From an uncultured Gammaproteobacteria bacterium (lineage in GTDB: Bacteria; Patescibacteriota; Microgenomatia; Daviesbacterales; UBA10151), in the NCBI GenBank assembly GCA_964547465.1, contig CAZJNI010000001.1, forward strand, positions 24,205 to 88,204: DNA of 64,000 nucleotides, written 5' to 3'. The number at the start of each line of letters is the position of its first letter. Positions within the stretch are counted from its first letter, which is position 1. The notes under the pieces were generated by a model, which worked only from the letters and a program-made list of their open reading frames with translations, did no database searches and was not told the origin of the DNA. This document shows, piece by piece, positions 8,316-18,453 of the stretch. Made by a program: the position numbers and the translations under genes.

Positions 8316-10214
8316 ATGTTTAAGAAATTTATAATGTACAATTTACAATGTACAATTAAGCTTATTTTACTGCTTTTTACTTTTTACTTTTTACATTTTA
8401 CATTTTACATTACTCCAGTTCATGCCCAATCTGCCAGCCCCAGTGCAAACCAGTTACCAGTTACCAGTTACCAGTTACCTACTACTGTCTCCCCTACTTC
8501 TCCGCTTTTTACTGATCTTTTATTAAATAATATGTTTCACAGCTTTTCCTGTTTAGCCATTGGCTCATCTTTCATTGGCCAGCCTTGTTTAACTTATAAA
8601 ATCACCCAAAATGCCCAGGGGGCAATCCAATCCATTCCAGTTCTCTCTCAAACTAATCTCTCCGGAGGAGCGCTGGGGGCTACCACCTCCCTCATAGGCA
8701 TGCTCTACGTAAATCCGCCTGTCAGGACAGCAGATTATTTAGCATCAGTTGGTCAAGGATTAGGAATTGTTAAAGAAGCCCATGCCCAGGTTGGAGGGTC
8801 AGGAGCAGGAGTATTGAGCCCGATCCTATCCCTTTGGCAAGTCTCCAGAAATATTTCTTATCTGATTATGATTATAATTTTTGTAATTATTGGCTTAATG
8901 GTGATGTTCAGACAAAGGATAAATCCCCAAACAGTCATCACCGCCCAGGCAGCGCTTCCGGGTTTGGTGATTGGTCTAATCCTAATAACTTTTTCCTACT
9001 TTTTAGCAGGATTGGTAGCAGATACTGCATTTGTAGGAACAAATTTGGTTGGGGCTTATTTTTCCGCAGTCAGGGGGGAAACAAATACCCCTCAAAATTT
9101 AGTGCAGGATTTAGATACCCTAGATCCTAATACCGGTCGCAAACCAAACCTGATCAGTATTTTTAGCAAATTTGCAGTTGTTGCTAATAAAGAGAAAGTT
9201 ACTGATGTAATAAATTCTTTCTGGGATGATATTAATAATGATGCACAACGCCTTTTGGTAACACTGGCAACCTTTGTTACCGTACAGGTAGCTGGTCAGG
9301 CTACAGAATTTCTTAAACTTGTCCCTAGATTCGGCGAAGGTATAATTGCAACGATACAAGCTGTGGTCGCTCTTAATACTATTACAGGGCCTATAGGGCC
9401 CCAGGCCGTAGTAGGTGCTCTTTTTGCTTTAGTTGTTACAGCCATATTATTATATGCCATGTTTAAACTGTTAATGCGCTTGGTCAATGTTTATTTAACC
9501 ATCATATTTTTAACAATAACGGCTCCTTTCCAATTCTTAGCAGCTGCTTTACCGGGAAGACAGGGAATTGCTACCAATTGGATATTAAGCATGCTTGGAA
9601 ATATCTTGGCATTCCCGGCTGTTTTAGCTGTTTTTTATTTTGTGGCTTTTATTTTAGGTCCTGCAAATAGTCCACACCCATTTATAGTATCTGATTCAGG
9701 TGGAACAACAACTATAGTCAATAATGGTTTAGTCTCCACAGTGAAAGCTGATGGCCCTGTTGAGATTACAGGGCCTAATACTTTTCCTCTTTTTGGGGGA
9801 ATGGGTGTAGATTTTATTAAACTACTTTTGGCTTTCGGGGCATTGGTTGCAACCCCAGCAATCCCGGATATAATTGCCAGAACTGTTGGCAGTGCAAGCC
9901 AGGCAGGGCAATTGATCGGCCAGGAAATCGGTGGAAGCATTGCCGCCGGCAGAGGCTACGGCGGGCAATTACAGCAGGGGGTAGGGGCAGCCAGTGGAAA
10001 TCTTGCCAGAGCCAGAGCATTGTTTAGCACACCAGGACATAGAGTTAATGAATATGGTGAGGTTGTAGAAACATATGCACCTGGTACAGGTGGTCAAATG
10101 GGATCTATTGCTAAAAGCGGGAATATATTCGCTCGTACTATTAGAAGAATCAGTGGCGGACGTATCGGAGGAGTCCCCGAAGCAGAAAAATTCAAAAGTA
10201 CATCTACATCATAG
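8316..10214 (+). CDS. VirB6/TrbL-like polytopic membrane protein
   Basis: LWQVSRNISY...LILITFSYFLAG and multiple TM segments, Gly-rich C-terminus; follows the pilin cluster. Confidence 0.65.
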   Translation: MFKKFIMYNLQCTIKLILLLFTFYFLHFTFYITPVHAQSASPSANQLPVTSYQLPTTVSPTSPLFTDLLLNNMFHSFSCLAIGSSFIGQPCLTYKITQNAQGAIQSIPVLSQTNLSGGALGATTSLIGMLYVNPPVRTADYLASVGQGLGIVKEAHAQVGGSGAGVLSPILSLWQVSRNISYLIMIIIFVIIGLMVMFRQRINPQTVITAQAALPGLVIGLILITFSYFLAGLVADTAFVGTNLVGAYFSAVRGETNTPQNLVQDLDTLDPNTGRKPNLISIFSKFAVVANKEKVTDVINSFWDDINNDAQRLLVTLATFVTVQVAGQATEFLKLVPRFGEGIIATIQAVVALNTITGPIGPQAVVGALFALVVTAILLYAMFKLLMRLVNVYLTIIFLTITAPFQFLAAALPGRQGIATNWILSMLGNILAFPAVLAVFYFVAFILGPANSPHPFIVSDSGGTTTIVNNGLVSTVKADGPVEITGPNTFPLFGGMGVDFIKLLLAFGALVATPAIPDIIARTVGSASQAGQLIGQEIGGSIAAGRGYGGQLQQGVGAASGNLARARALFSTPGHRVNEYGEVVETYAPGTGGQMGSIAKSGNIFARTIRRISGGRIGGVPEAEKFKSTSTS

Positions 10215-13200
10215 TACCATCTTATTAAATATCCAGTCAGACCACGTGCTGCCATCGTAGAATTTTACAGTCTCATCCTTCTTTGCTACTTCAAGCTTAC
10301 CCTTATCATTATTATAATACAATTCTCCTTTTTTAATTATTTTTAAATAGTAATAAGGCTCTAGAAGGAATTTGTAGTAAGGTTCTTCAGATGGATAAAT
10401 CTCCGCTCCCCCTCCAGGTCCATGATCCAACAACCATTCCACATAAGCATCCCAAAACATTCTGGCTATATGTCTTGAAGAACCAGTATTCCTGTCTGTA
10501 TTTATAGCCGGATTATATCTGCCGTCCGGTAAAAAGACATCTGTCTTTCTCAAATCCAACGCCCCTTGCGAATTTCTATTCTCCGAGTACATTGTCCTGA
10601 TTTGCTTTAATGTATCCCATTGCCTACCAAAAGTCTCTATTATCAGATAAAAAGCATCATTTTCAAGTTTCGGATCAGATCTAGATTGATGCAATAGAGT
10701 TCTAATAGCCACTAATTTATCAGAATTATTAAGTGGTTTAAAAAATAAACCTTCATGAGGAAGCCCTGTCTTAGGATCAGTACCCCCAACTAGTAAAAAA
10801 TATAATTGATTGCCGGCATCCATCAAATTAATAAATTTAGTAATACCAAACTGACCAAGTTGTCTTTGGCCGCTTATTTTACCAATTTGATCGTCCATCA
10901 TTGAAACAGCTCCTGTTACTCCTTTACGCCCTAAGTTACCAGCCATGGTATCAGCATACATTGGTGTAGCACCCAGTGCGGCAGCAAATCTTCTGTCAAA
11001 TCTTTTTTGCATTTTGGCAACTAAGTTTTCAATCATCAAAGTGAACCTGCTGTCTCCTCCCTTATCTTCAGTGTAATATCCTGCCTGCATATACTCCGGG
11101 TTCCCATCTGCAGGCAAGAATCTCTGGCTCAAGGCTTTTTTTACCTCAACCCAACTCAATAATGATTCTTCAACTGCAGCATCAAAAACAATATATTCTA
11201 TACCCATTTGATCACCGGGAAATGATCTAACATTACTAAGAGTGGGGTCTAAAGTAAGAAGTAAGCCAGCCAAACTATCTGCATCCTCAAATCGTAACCT
11301 TCCCTCCCTTATTTGTCTTGCCTGTTCAAATACATATTTAGGTACAAGAGTATGAGTATTATTATTTTGATAGGCCCAATAAGTATGAGTAGTATGCAAA
11401 GCTAAGTAACTGCCAACAGCTTTATCAAAATCCAAATGAACCTCTTCCACGTCTTCTACAACCATTTTGCCTGTTTGTGGATCAATTTCCCCTCTGGGTT
11501 GTCTTAACATCATAGGTTGTACTCTTCCTAAAGCCTCAACAGTTATCTCTTTCTTTTTTACATCAAAAGCTGTTGCTTTAAAGTCAGTAAAGTTAAATTT
11601 TGCTTCAAATCCCTTAGTCGCAATTTGCTCAACAGCCATATCCCTAGCCTTCTCAACCATAGCATCCCTGAAAACAGCTCTAAAGTTAGGATATCTGAAG
11701 TTACCTTTGGCATCTTTTGCCTGCACAAATAACTTCAAATCATCTCTGTCCCAAATATTGGAATCGTCTGCATATCTCATCTTTGTCCAATTTACAACTG
11801 CCTGAACAGCTTTTATAGCCAAATGGGTAGGAATTTGGTCAGCATAATTTTCTTTTTCTTTGTCACTTAAACCTTGATAAATTCTCAGCTCAGCTGGATC
11901 TAAAGTATCAACTCTTTTACCCTTTACTATCTCATTCAAAATCCAGCCTACATGTTGCTCCCTTGTCCATTTATTCTTCCTTTCGTCAGGTGATAGTTCA
12001 GAATCCTTATTTTCTCTAACCTTCAGATATTCTAAAATAAAAGGATTTTTATGTACAAAATATATCCCTCCACCTCTGATTGCTTCTTCCCGCATAGCAA
12101 TTTGCATTTGCATAGCAAGTGCAAAGCTGGATTTTGAACTCTCATATGTTTCTTTATACAATTTTCTATCCTCATCACTAATTGTTTTTAAGTCTACTAA
12201 TTTATCAATTAGTACCTCATTCCTCTTTAAAATAACTTCTCCTTGTCTAACTCGCCCGCGGAGGTCAATAATTGCTTGCTGAATTCTACCTAAAGCAACA
12301 GATTCTCTTAAACCTGACGGCAACTGATCTTCAGACAATTGCGTCAATATTTGATAATTTCTAAACATTTGATAATTTCTTAAATGAGCATCTCCTTTAA
12401 TAAAACCGTTCTCATCTCTACCCATTCCTTCATATAAGCTCCTGAATGCTTCTTCAGACTGATGGATACCTATCCGCTCCTGGTTCTCTCTTAAAAGTCT
12501 TCTTGACTCAATATATAAATTCTGATCTTCCTCACTTAGAACTTGTAAATTATTTCCGTTTCTTCTCAATTGAGTTTCAATGGCCTCTAAAAGACGCGCT
12601 CTCTCGTAACGAAACTCCGGATTTGAATATGCAGCCTCATCGCGGTTATCATAATCTTTTAGCACAACACCCATCCCTCTTTCTATAATCTTTCCTTCAA
12701 TCCACATCCTGAAATAATTTTGTATATCCGAACGCCTACCTAATTGTCCTCTTGAGCCTTGGGCATTATAGGCAAGTTCAACCAACGGATCATAATCTAG
12801 TGTAAATTCATATTCTCCGGTTTCTCCTCTTCTTGACCTAAGAGCTCTAACATGCCTTTGGGGGCCTTCATGCAAAGCCAATGCCATCTCACCTTGTTTG
12901 GCTCCATCTTTATTATAATTCTCGATGTTATAGGCGATATGCCAGAAAAAGCCTTCTCCTTCAAATTCCTGTCTTAATTCTTCTGCAAATTCTAGAGTCA
13001 TTTTGTCCGGTCCTTCAGGCCAATTCTTTTGTTGTATTGCCAAATCAGTTGCGTTCCTACTCATCACTTTTTTAAAATTTATCAAATTTTGTATTAACTC
13101 ATTAGGATCATAACCTAGGGCATGAGTAAAAAGCATCTGCAGAAAAGATTCCTTGGCTATAATAAATTGGGCAGGAGTTTTAGCGTTAACTGTATAATAA

Positions 13201-14402
13201 TCCGGATAACCTGCATAAGGTTCCCAGTAAGTTTCTTTTATTGCTCCTTGAGTCTGTTCTATAGGAAGAACCCATTCACCTCTTCGTTCAGGAGACTGCG
13301 GTTCTCCATTAAGTAAACTCTCAAACCTTATTCTGGCCCACCTTAGATAAGGCACCCATACATTATCCAGTCTAGGATTAACTTCTGGATCACTCATTCT
13401 AGCGATGAAAGCATCTTCCCCAGTTATATATGCTAAGGGTCTATCATTACCAGCAGTAACTTCTGTTGCTTGGTATAAAAGCTCCCTAGCTTGAGAAGGA
13501 GAAATAGTACCTCCAGCATATCTTAGATAAATTGAATTTAATCTATCATCTACACCTTTTAAAAGACCCTTCCTTTTTGCTTCATTGAAATATTTCAATA
13601 ACTCCTCTTCTATCTGAGGAATTTCAGCAGCCGGAGTAGTCCTATCACGATATCTTCTTTGAATCAACTCATCTAAGGATCTAACACCTGTAAAATCTTC
13701 TGGAGGAATTTGACTTTCTTGACTAGCTAGTTGAATAAGCTTATCAGCTCTCTCTTTATAAGATTTTTTAATTGCATCAATTAAGGGTTCATCAGGTTCA
13801 GGAATTACGTCCGGATGGGCTTCCTTAAGATTAAAAGAACTTCTATAGTATCTATTTTCTTCAAGTCCATCTACATATTCTATTAATTCCTCATATAAAC
13901 CATTTAAAATTGGCTCATTTTCTTCATTATATCTAACCTCATAAGGAAGTATAGTTTCCATGAAAGCAATCCGCTCCATCAACAATTCACCTCTTTCCGG
14001 ACTAGTCAACCATTCTGGCCCTCTTGCTGGAGGCTCCCTGTCCCCTCCACCCCCCCCTCTATCTACTCCATCTGGGGGTAATGTACTACCTTCTTCCAAT
14101 TCCATTCTGTCTTGTACTCCAACTTGAGTTTGATTTTGAGAAGTGGAAGGGGCTTGCGTATTCTGGGGTTGCTCTTCTGGATTTAAAATTTCAGTAATTT
14201 GAGGTTGCTGGTCTAAAACTAGTGGCTTGGTTTCTCCACCTACAATTTTCCTCCAAAAACTCGGACCCTTTGACTGCTCTTCTTTACCAGCTATAACTAC
14301 ATTTGGCTGATCAGACGGTTTTTCAGCCACAGCAGTTACCCCTTGTGGGGTTTGTGGTGGACCTCCTTCTTGTTGTTCTCCTGCCATAAGTCTTTCTGCC
14401 AT
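10209..14402 (-). CDS. Large hypothetical protein (1397 aa)
   Basis: Long ORF with disordered Q/P/G-rich N-terminus; promoter TTGACA (14507) and TACACT (14483); no recognisable domain. Confidence 0.85.
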   Translation of the reverse strand: MAERLMAGEQQEGGPPQTPQGVTAVAEKPSDQPNVVIAGKEEQSKGPSFWRKIVGGETKPLVLDQQPQITEILNPEEQPQNTQAPSTSQNQTQVGVQDRMELEEGSTLPPDGVDRGGGGGDREPPARGPEWLTSPERGELLMERIAFMETILPYEVRYNEENEPILNGLYEELIEYVDGLEENRYYRSSFNLKEAHPDVIPEPDEPLIDAIKKSYKERADKLIQLASQESQIPPEDFTGVRSLDELIQRRYRDRTTPAAEIPQIEEELLKYFNEAKRKGLLKGVDDRLNSIYLRYAGGTISPSQARELLYQATEVTAGNDRPLAYITGEDAFIARMSDPEVNPRLDNVWVPYLRWARIRFESLLNGEPQSPERRGEWVLPIEQTQGAIKETYWEPYAGYPDYYTVNAKTPAQFIIAKESFLQMLFTHALGYDPNELIQNLINFKKVMSRNATDLAIQQKNWPEGPDKMTLEFAEELRQEFEGEGFFWHIAYNIENYNKDGAKQGEMALALHEGPQRHVRALRSRRGETGEYEFTLDYDPLVELAYNAQGSRGQLGRRSDIQNYFRMWIEGKIIERGMGVVLKDYDNRDEAAYSNPEFRYERARLLEAIETQLRRNGNNLQVLSEEDQNLYIESRRLLRENQERIGIHQSEEAFRSLYEGMGRDENGFIKGDAHLRNYQMFRNYQILTQLSEDQLPSGLRESVALGRIQQAIIDLRGRVRQGEVILKRNEVLIDKLVDLKTISDEDRKLYKETYESSKSSFALAMQMQIAMREEAIRGGGIYFVHKNPFILEYLKVRENKDSELSPDERKNKWTREQHVGWILNEIVKGKRVDTLDPAELRIYQGLSDKEKENYADQIPTHLAIKAVQAVVNWTKMRYADDSNIWDRDDLKLFVQAKDAKGNFRYPNFRAVFRDAMVEKARDMAVEQIATKGFEAKFNFTDFKATAFDVKKKEITVEALGRVQPMMLRQPRGEIDPQTGKMVVEDVEEVHLDFDKAVGSYLALHTTHTYWAYQNNNTHTLVPKYVFEQARQIREGRLRFEDADSLAGLLLTLDPTLSNVRSFPGDQMGIEYIVFDAAVEESLLSWVEVKKALSQRFLPADGNPEYMQAGYYTEDKGGDSRFTLMIENLVAKMQKRFDRRFAAALGATPMYADTMAGNLGRKGVTGAVSMMDDQIGKISGQRQLGQFGITKFINLMDAGNQLYFLLVGGTDPKTGLPHEGLFFKPLNNSDKLVAIRTLLHQSRSDPKLENDAFYLIIETFGRQWDTLKQIRTMYSENRNSQGALDLRKTDVFLPDGRYNPAINTDRNTGSSRHIARMFWDAYVEWLLDHGPGGGAEIYPSEEPYYKFLLEPYYYLKIIKKGELYYNNDKGKLEVAKKDETVKFYDGSTWSDWIFNKMVL

Positions 14403-14598
14403 GATAGTTTGTAGTTGGTAGTTAGTAGTATGTAGTTTGCAACAAACTACGAACTCGAAAACTCTATGGCTAATTCCAGTGTAGAGCTTCGGTTAACTAA
14501 CTGTCAACTTTCCTTTCTGCGGTAAGTTTACAGTGAGCGAAGTTAAACTGCTTGATTTATTCCTTACAAAATCCTGACGGAATTGAGGGTAAAAATTG

Positions 14599-15756
14599 CT
14601 AAAGTTGAAAACCGTAAATGGTCTTAATATCAGAATACTCAAATGAAACCATATTACTTACCTTTAATTTAAGCTCTTTAACTAATCTCTGCAGTCTTGA
14701 TTTATCAAAAACAGTAGCTTTTGTTTTAACTTCATAAGCTATCTGTTTGTTAAGAATAAAATCTATCTCCACCCCACTTTTACGCTGATAGTAGTTTATA
14801 CCTCCTTTAGCACGTAACTGATTATAAACTGTATTTTCAAAAAGACTGCCAAAAGGAATATTTTGTATGTTGTTAACTAAACCACTGTCACAAAGATATA
14901 CCTTTTTTGCCGATCTTATTTCCGTATCTTTATTTGTGGAGTATGGCAAGATAAGCGATATAAAATACGTCCCCTCCAAAAAGGCAAGATATTCCGTCAA
15001 TGTTACTCTGGTTATACCTAATTCAGTAGATAATTTTTGCACGTCAATTTTGCTGCCTACCCTACTTATTAGCAGGAGTATTAAATCTCTAACCGCCTGA
15101 TTATTTCTAAATCCCCCGATGTTTAAAACCTCTTTATTAAAATAAGCACTAAATATATCCATTAGGGCTTCGCGCTTCTCCTCTATTGATGTTTTTATAA
15201 CTACGCCTGGAAAACCACCAAACTCAATATATTCTTTGTACAATGGAATTATTATCTGATAAATAGAATCAGAAATCTTTTCAGGGATAATAATTTTACT
15301 TTCTTTAAGAAGCAAAAATTCTTCAAAATCCAAAGGAAATAATTCGTAAATTATTTTTCTGCCAGCAAGAGATTCGGAAAATAAATTTTTAAGATAAAAA
15401 CTACTTGAACCTGTAAGAAAAAACTTAATCTGATAATGATCGATCAGATATTTAACTACAGATGGTAAGTTTGAAACATTTTGTATTTCGTCTAAAAATA
15501 TATAGGCTTTTTGAGATAAATCTATACCTAAAGTCTGGAATTTATATTTAATTGCCTCATAATTTACTTCTTCAAAGTACTTTTGGTTAACAGGATTTTC
15601 CAAATCAAGAAAAATTTTATTATCACTCTTTATAGAATCATGTACTTGCTTCAGCAATATTGTTTTACCAACTCTACGCATACCAGTCACCACAATCGCT
15701 TCCGGCGCATCTATTCTGGAGGTAATTTGCTTAAATAATTTCCTTCTCACAATCAC
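14599..15756 (-). CDS. AAA_14-type ATPase with DUF4143 domain
   Basis: GMRRVGKT, IFLDEIQ, TGSSS, GGFP, KVYLCDSGL, FEN, EIDFI. Confidence 0.9.
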   Translation of the reverse strand: MIVRRKLFKQITSRIDAPEAIVVTGMRRVGKTILLKQVHDSIKSDNKIFLDLENPVNQKYFEEVNYEAIKYKFQTLGIDLSQKAYIFLDEIQNVSNLPSVVKYLIDHYQIKFFLTGSSSFYLKNLFSESLAGRKIIYELFPLDFEEFLLLKESKIIIPEKISDSIYQIIIPLYKEYIEFGGFPGVVIKTSIEEKREALMDIFSAYFNKEVLNIGGFRNNQAVRDLILLLISRVGSKIDVQKLSTELGITRVTLTEYLAFLEGTYFISLILPYSTNKDTEIRSAKKVYLCDSGLVNNIQNIPFGSLFENTVYNQLRAKGGINYYQRKSGVEIDFILNKQIAYEVKTKATVFDKSRLQRLVKELKLKVSNMVSFEYSDIKTIYGFQL

Positions 15757-15813
15757 TAATATACATTAAGTATTACTTTTTGTCAAGTACTAGTATCAAA
15801 CTCGTTTGTTGAT

Positions 15814-15901
15814 CTGCCATAAGTCTTTCTGCCATGTATTCCTTTCTCTGGAAAATTCCATGGCCTGCTTTCAGCATAGAATTTCCCAAACTTTGTGTCA
15901 A
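15814..15901 (-). pseudogene. Orphan copy of the promoter, RBS and first codons of a homolog of the 1397-aa gene
   Basis: 15814-15836 is identical to 14381-14403 and reads MAERLMADQQ versus MAERLMAGEQQ; preceded by AAGGA and TTGACA-17-TATGCT. Confidence 0.8.
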
Positions 15902-16020
15902 ATTTTTTTAATGTGTCATGAGTCATGTGTCAGGTATCATGCCAAGACCATGACACTTGATACATGATACTTGATACACTACAAGTTGCTTGATTTATTC
16001 CTTACAAAATCCTGACGGAA

Positions 16021-16395
16021 TTATGCCTGAATTAAGGAGAGATCATACTTCCAGATCTTTTCGTCAGATGTTATGAGAGTTAAATTTTCTACTTTTGTCT
16101 GGGATATTAAAATCCTATCAAATGGGTCTTTATGAATACCAGGTAATTTCTCAACTTCCAATACATGATTAATATCTATGGAAAGTAGAACAAAGTTACT
16201 TTTTTTAATTCCTCCTAGGATATCTTTTGGGATTTTTAAACCTTTTCTCTTTTTAATAATGATCTCCCAAATAGTTGTAACACTAACAAATATTTCGTTG
16301 TTTGGATCAGAAATTTTACTTTTAATATCTCGGGGTAATCTTTTATTTTCCTCCATAGCCCAAATAAAAACATGGGTATCTAAGAGATAGCGCAT
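16021..16395 (-). CDS. vapC: VapC PIN-domain toxin
   Basis: YLLDTHVFIW...WEI..K...HKDPFDRILISQ...LITSD. Confidence 0.92.
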   Translation of the reverse strand: MRYLLDTHVFIWAMEENKRLPRDIKSKISDPNNEIFVSVTTIWEIIIKKRKGLKIPKDILGGIKKSNFVLLSIDINHVLEVEKLPGIHKDPFDRILISQTKVENLTLITSDEKIWKYDLSLIQA

Positions 16396-16635
16396 TTAAA
16401 TGTCACCTTCATAGAAGAGCTTATTGATCTCTTCATCCTCATCATCAAAATTATCTGGAATAAAAACCTTTCCTTTCCACAGCCCCAGTTTGCGTGGCTT
16501 AAGCTTTTCTTTATAAAAAGAAAGTTTGGCCACTGGTTTACCTGCCTTGGCGATAATAACCTCCTCACCATTTAAGGTTTTCTCAATTAACTTAGATAAA
16601 TTTGTTTTTGCATCATGAATATTCACAACTTGCAT
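16396..16635 (-). CDS. Phd/YefM antitoxin
   Basis: VNIHDAKTNLSKLIE...GEEVIIAKAGKPVAKL; directly upstream of vapC. Confidence 0.92.
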   Translation of the reverse strand: MQVVNIHDAKTNLSKLIEKTLNGEEVIIAKAGKPVAKLSFYKEKLKPRKLGLWKGKVFIPDNFDDEDEEINKLFYEGDI

Positions 16636-16753
16636 ATTATTTATATAATAGCTAACTTAGCTAACTTTGTCAAGTGCAAGTCTGGGATAAGTTTACAGTG
16701 AGCGAAGTTAAACTGCTTGATTTATTCCTTACAAAATCCTGACGGAATTAAAT

Positions 16754-17167
16754 CTAAAGTAGATTCATCTTCCGCAGAAAAGGCAAAAATGCTTCCGGCT
16801 TTACAATCTTTGCGTCTTTCCACATTTGATCTGGTAAATCTAAAAGATCTTTATCCCGGGTAATAATGTAATCAACATGGGCAGTTTCAGCCAGCTCCAG
16901 GACAAAATTATCTTTGGGGTCGCGGCAAACAATAATCTTTATTTTGGTTTTAACTGCTATACCTTTTTTCAATACTGCTTTGACCTTCTTACGTATCTCT
17001 TCACTTGAGTTAAACTCGTTTAATTTCCTAAATATTTCATTTGTTAAATCAAAGGAAATAAAAAGTTTAAGTTTATTATCAATAATAAGATCGATAATTT
17101 TCTCTACCATTCCACCAAACACAGATGCGGAGATAACCATGTTGGTATCCAGCACTATTTTAAGCAT
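16754..17167 (-). CDS. PIN-domain toxin (PIN_3 type)
   Basis: IVLDTNMVISA...CRDPKDNFVLELA...DYIITRDKDLL. Confidence 0.9.
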   Translation of the reverse strand: MLKIVLDTNMVISASVFGGMVEKIIDLIIDNKLKLFISFDLTNEIFRKLNEFNSSEEIRKKVKAVLKKGIAVKTKIKIIVCRDPKDNFVLELAETAHVDYIITRDKDLLDLPDQMWKDAKIVKPEAFLPFLRKMNLL

Positions 17168-17465
17168 GCTTGTGGTCATCCAGAAAGATGTTATAAAACT
17201 GCTGTTCTGTGACCTTTTTTGGATCTAAACCTTTCTCTCTCATAAGTTTATTGCCTAATTTCTTACCCTCTTTCTTTAAATGTTCCCACGCTTCCCTGAT
17301 TTTCTGATCTTTTTCTAAAAATTCCTCTTGTTCGTTAATATACTTCTCGGACAAAGCCACTTTAATAATATCTGCTTCGGAAAGCAGCTGATACTTACTG
17401 CGTAAAAATGTCAAAACTCTATTAACATCAGGAGTTCTGGTTAATCTTATTTGTGCTTGTGACAT
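17160..17465 (-). CDS. Putative antitoxin
   Basis: Small ORF overlapping the PIN gene start; N-terminal QIRLT strand then helices (RHH-like). Confidence 0.7.
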   Translation of the reverse strand: MSQAQIRLTRTPDVNRVLTFLRSKYQLLSEADIIKVALSEKYINEQEEFLEKDQKIREAWEHLKKEGKKLGNKLMREKGLDPKKVTEQQFYNIFLDDHKHA

Positions 17466-17573
17466 ATAGTACCCATTTTAGGGTATTAAGTGTTAAGAGT
17501 CAAGGGGTCAAAATTCCATGGCCTGCTTTCAGCATAGAATTTCCCAAAAAATCCTGACGGGATTGAGCTTGGA

Positions 17574-18002
17574 TTATTTATTTGCTCTAAGAATTCCCAT
17601 AAATTCTTCGGGGGTGATAATTTTAATCCCTTGGTATTGATTAAGGTCAAGTAAATCTCTATCTCTACTGACAATATAATCAGCTTTCCCTTCAAGCGCT
17701 GCTGAAAGAATTTTATCATCTGATGGATCTCTTACTACTTCTATTCTAAAATTACCGGTGACAGATAAACTGACTCTGGATAATCCGTTCATTATCTCCT
17801 GTAACTCTTTATCAGATCTTTTGTGGGCTTTTATCACTTTTTCTCGATGCAAAACTTCATCAAGCTCTGACAAAATTTGTGGAGAAATTACCAGTACAAA
17901 GTGATTATCTTTGCAATTTTGATAAATCTCAGCAGCTACAGACGATCCAATGTTGATAACAGCGCTAACTAAAGTATTCGTGTCTAATACTGTTCGAATC
18001 AT
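17574..18002 (-). CDS. PIN-domain toxin (PIN_3 type)
   Basis: VLDTNTLVSA...RDPSDDKILSAALEGKADYIVSRDRDLL...IITPEEF. Confidence 0.9.
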   Translation of the reverse strand: MIRTVLDTNTLVSAVINIGSSVAAEIYQNCKDNHFVLVISPQILSELDEVLHREKVIKAHKRSDKELQEIMNGLSRVSLSVTGNFRIEVVRDPSDDKILSAALEGKADYIVSRDRDLLDLNQYQGIKIITPEEFMGILRANK

Positions 18003-18316
18003 TCACCTCTAGCCCTTTTCTCTGCCCTAACCACTTCCACCTCCTCATCAATAATTTTATCTAATTCTACTGGGTCCATTTTAGGGATTCTAGCTCGTAT
18101 TTTATCAAGTTTTTTGAAACTTTTTTCCCATGCAGTCTTGCTTAACCTCTTCCTAGGATCCAAAAGCTTTTCGTATTCATCCAAACTGATAAGAACAGCT
18201 GCTTCCCGGTTGTACTTTTTAACCACTACCTTATCATTAGCATATGTTACGCGGTTGATAATATCAGCCAGGTTGGAACGAAGCTCATCAATGGAAACGA
18301 TATTATCGTTTAACAT
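17999..18316 (-). CDS. Phd/YefM antitoxin
   Basis: VSIDELRSNLADIINRV...VVVKKYNREAAVLISLDEYE; ATGA overlap with the toxin. Confidence 0.88.
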   Translation of the reverse strand: MLNDNIVSIDELRSNLADIINRVTYANDKVVVKKYNREAAVLISLDEYEKLLDPRKRLSKTAWEKSFKKLDKIRARIPKMDPVELDKIIDEEVEVVRAEKRARGE

Positions 18317-18453
18317 GTCTATACATTATAACAAATCTAGCAATTTGTCAAGTCTGCTACATTCGTCATGTTTTTCCCTTTCGACTTTGCTCAAGGTTAT
18401 TAACTTCAGCATAGAATTTCCCAAAAAATCCTGACGGGATTAAGGGTAATCCT

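Larger units (their letters stand above)
14523..18441. repeat. Five cassette-boundary repeats with core AAAATCCTGACGG(A/G)ATT
   Basis: Copies at 14523-14584, 15987-16022, 16688-16749, 17510-17564 and 18405-18441. Copies 1 and 3 share 62 bp; each copy lies within about 15 bp of a cassette's last stop codon. Confidence 0.92.

Noticed and set aside
14523-14584. Classical integron attC site
   Set aside because: The minus strand has GTTTAAC, but the partner GTAAAC is only about 10 bp away and imperfect; it looks like a decayed small palindrome and is missing from three of the five copies.
17486-17719. 77-aa ORF
   Set aside because: Out-of-frame overlap with the PIN toxin and runs through the boundary repeat.
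14523-18441. CRISPR array
   Set aside because: Repeats are separated by 0.7-1.4 kb of intact genes and vary in length; no cas genes in the window.
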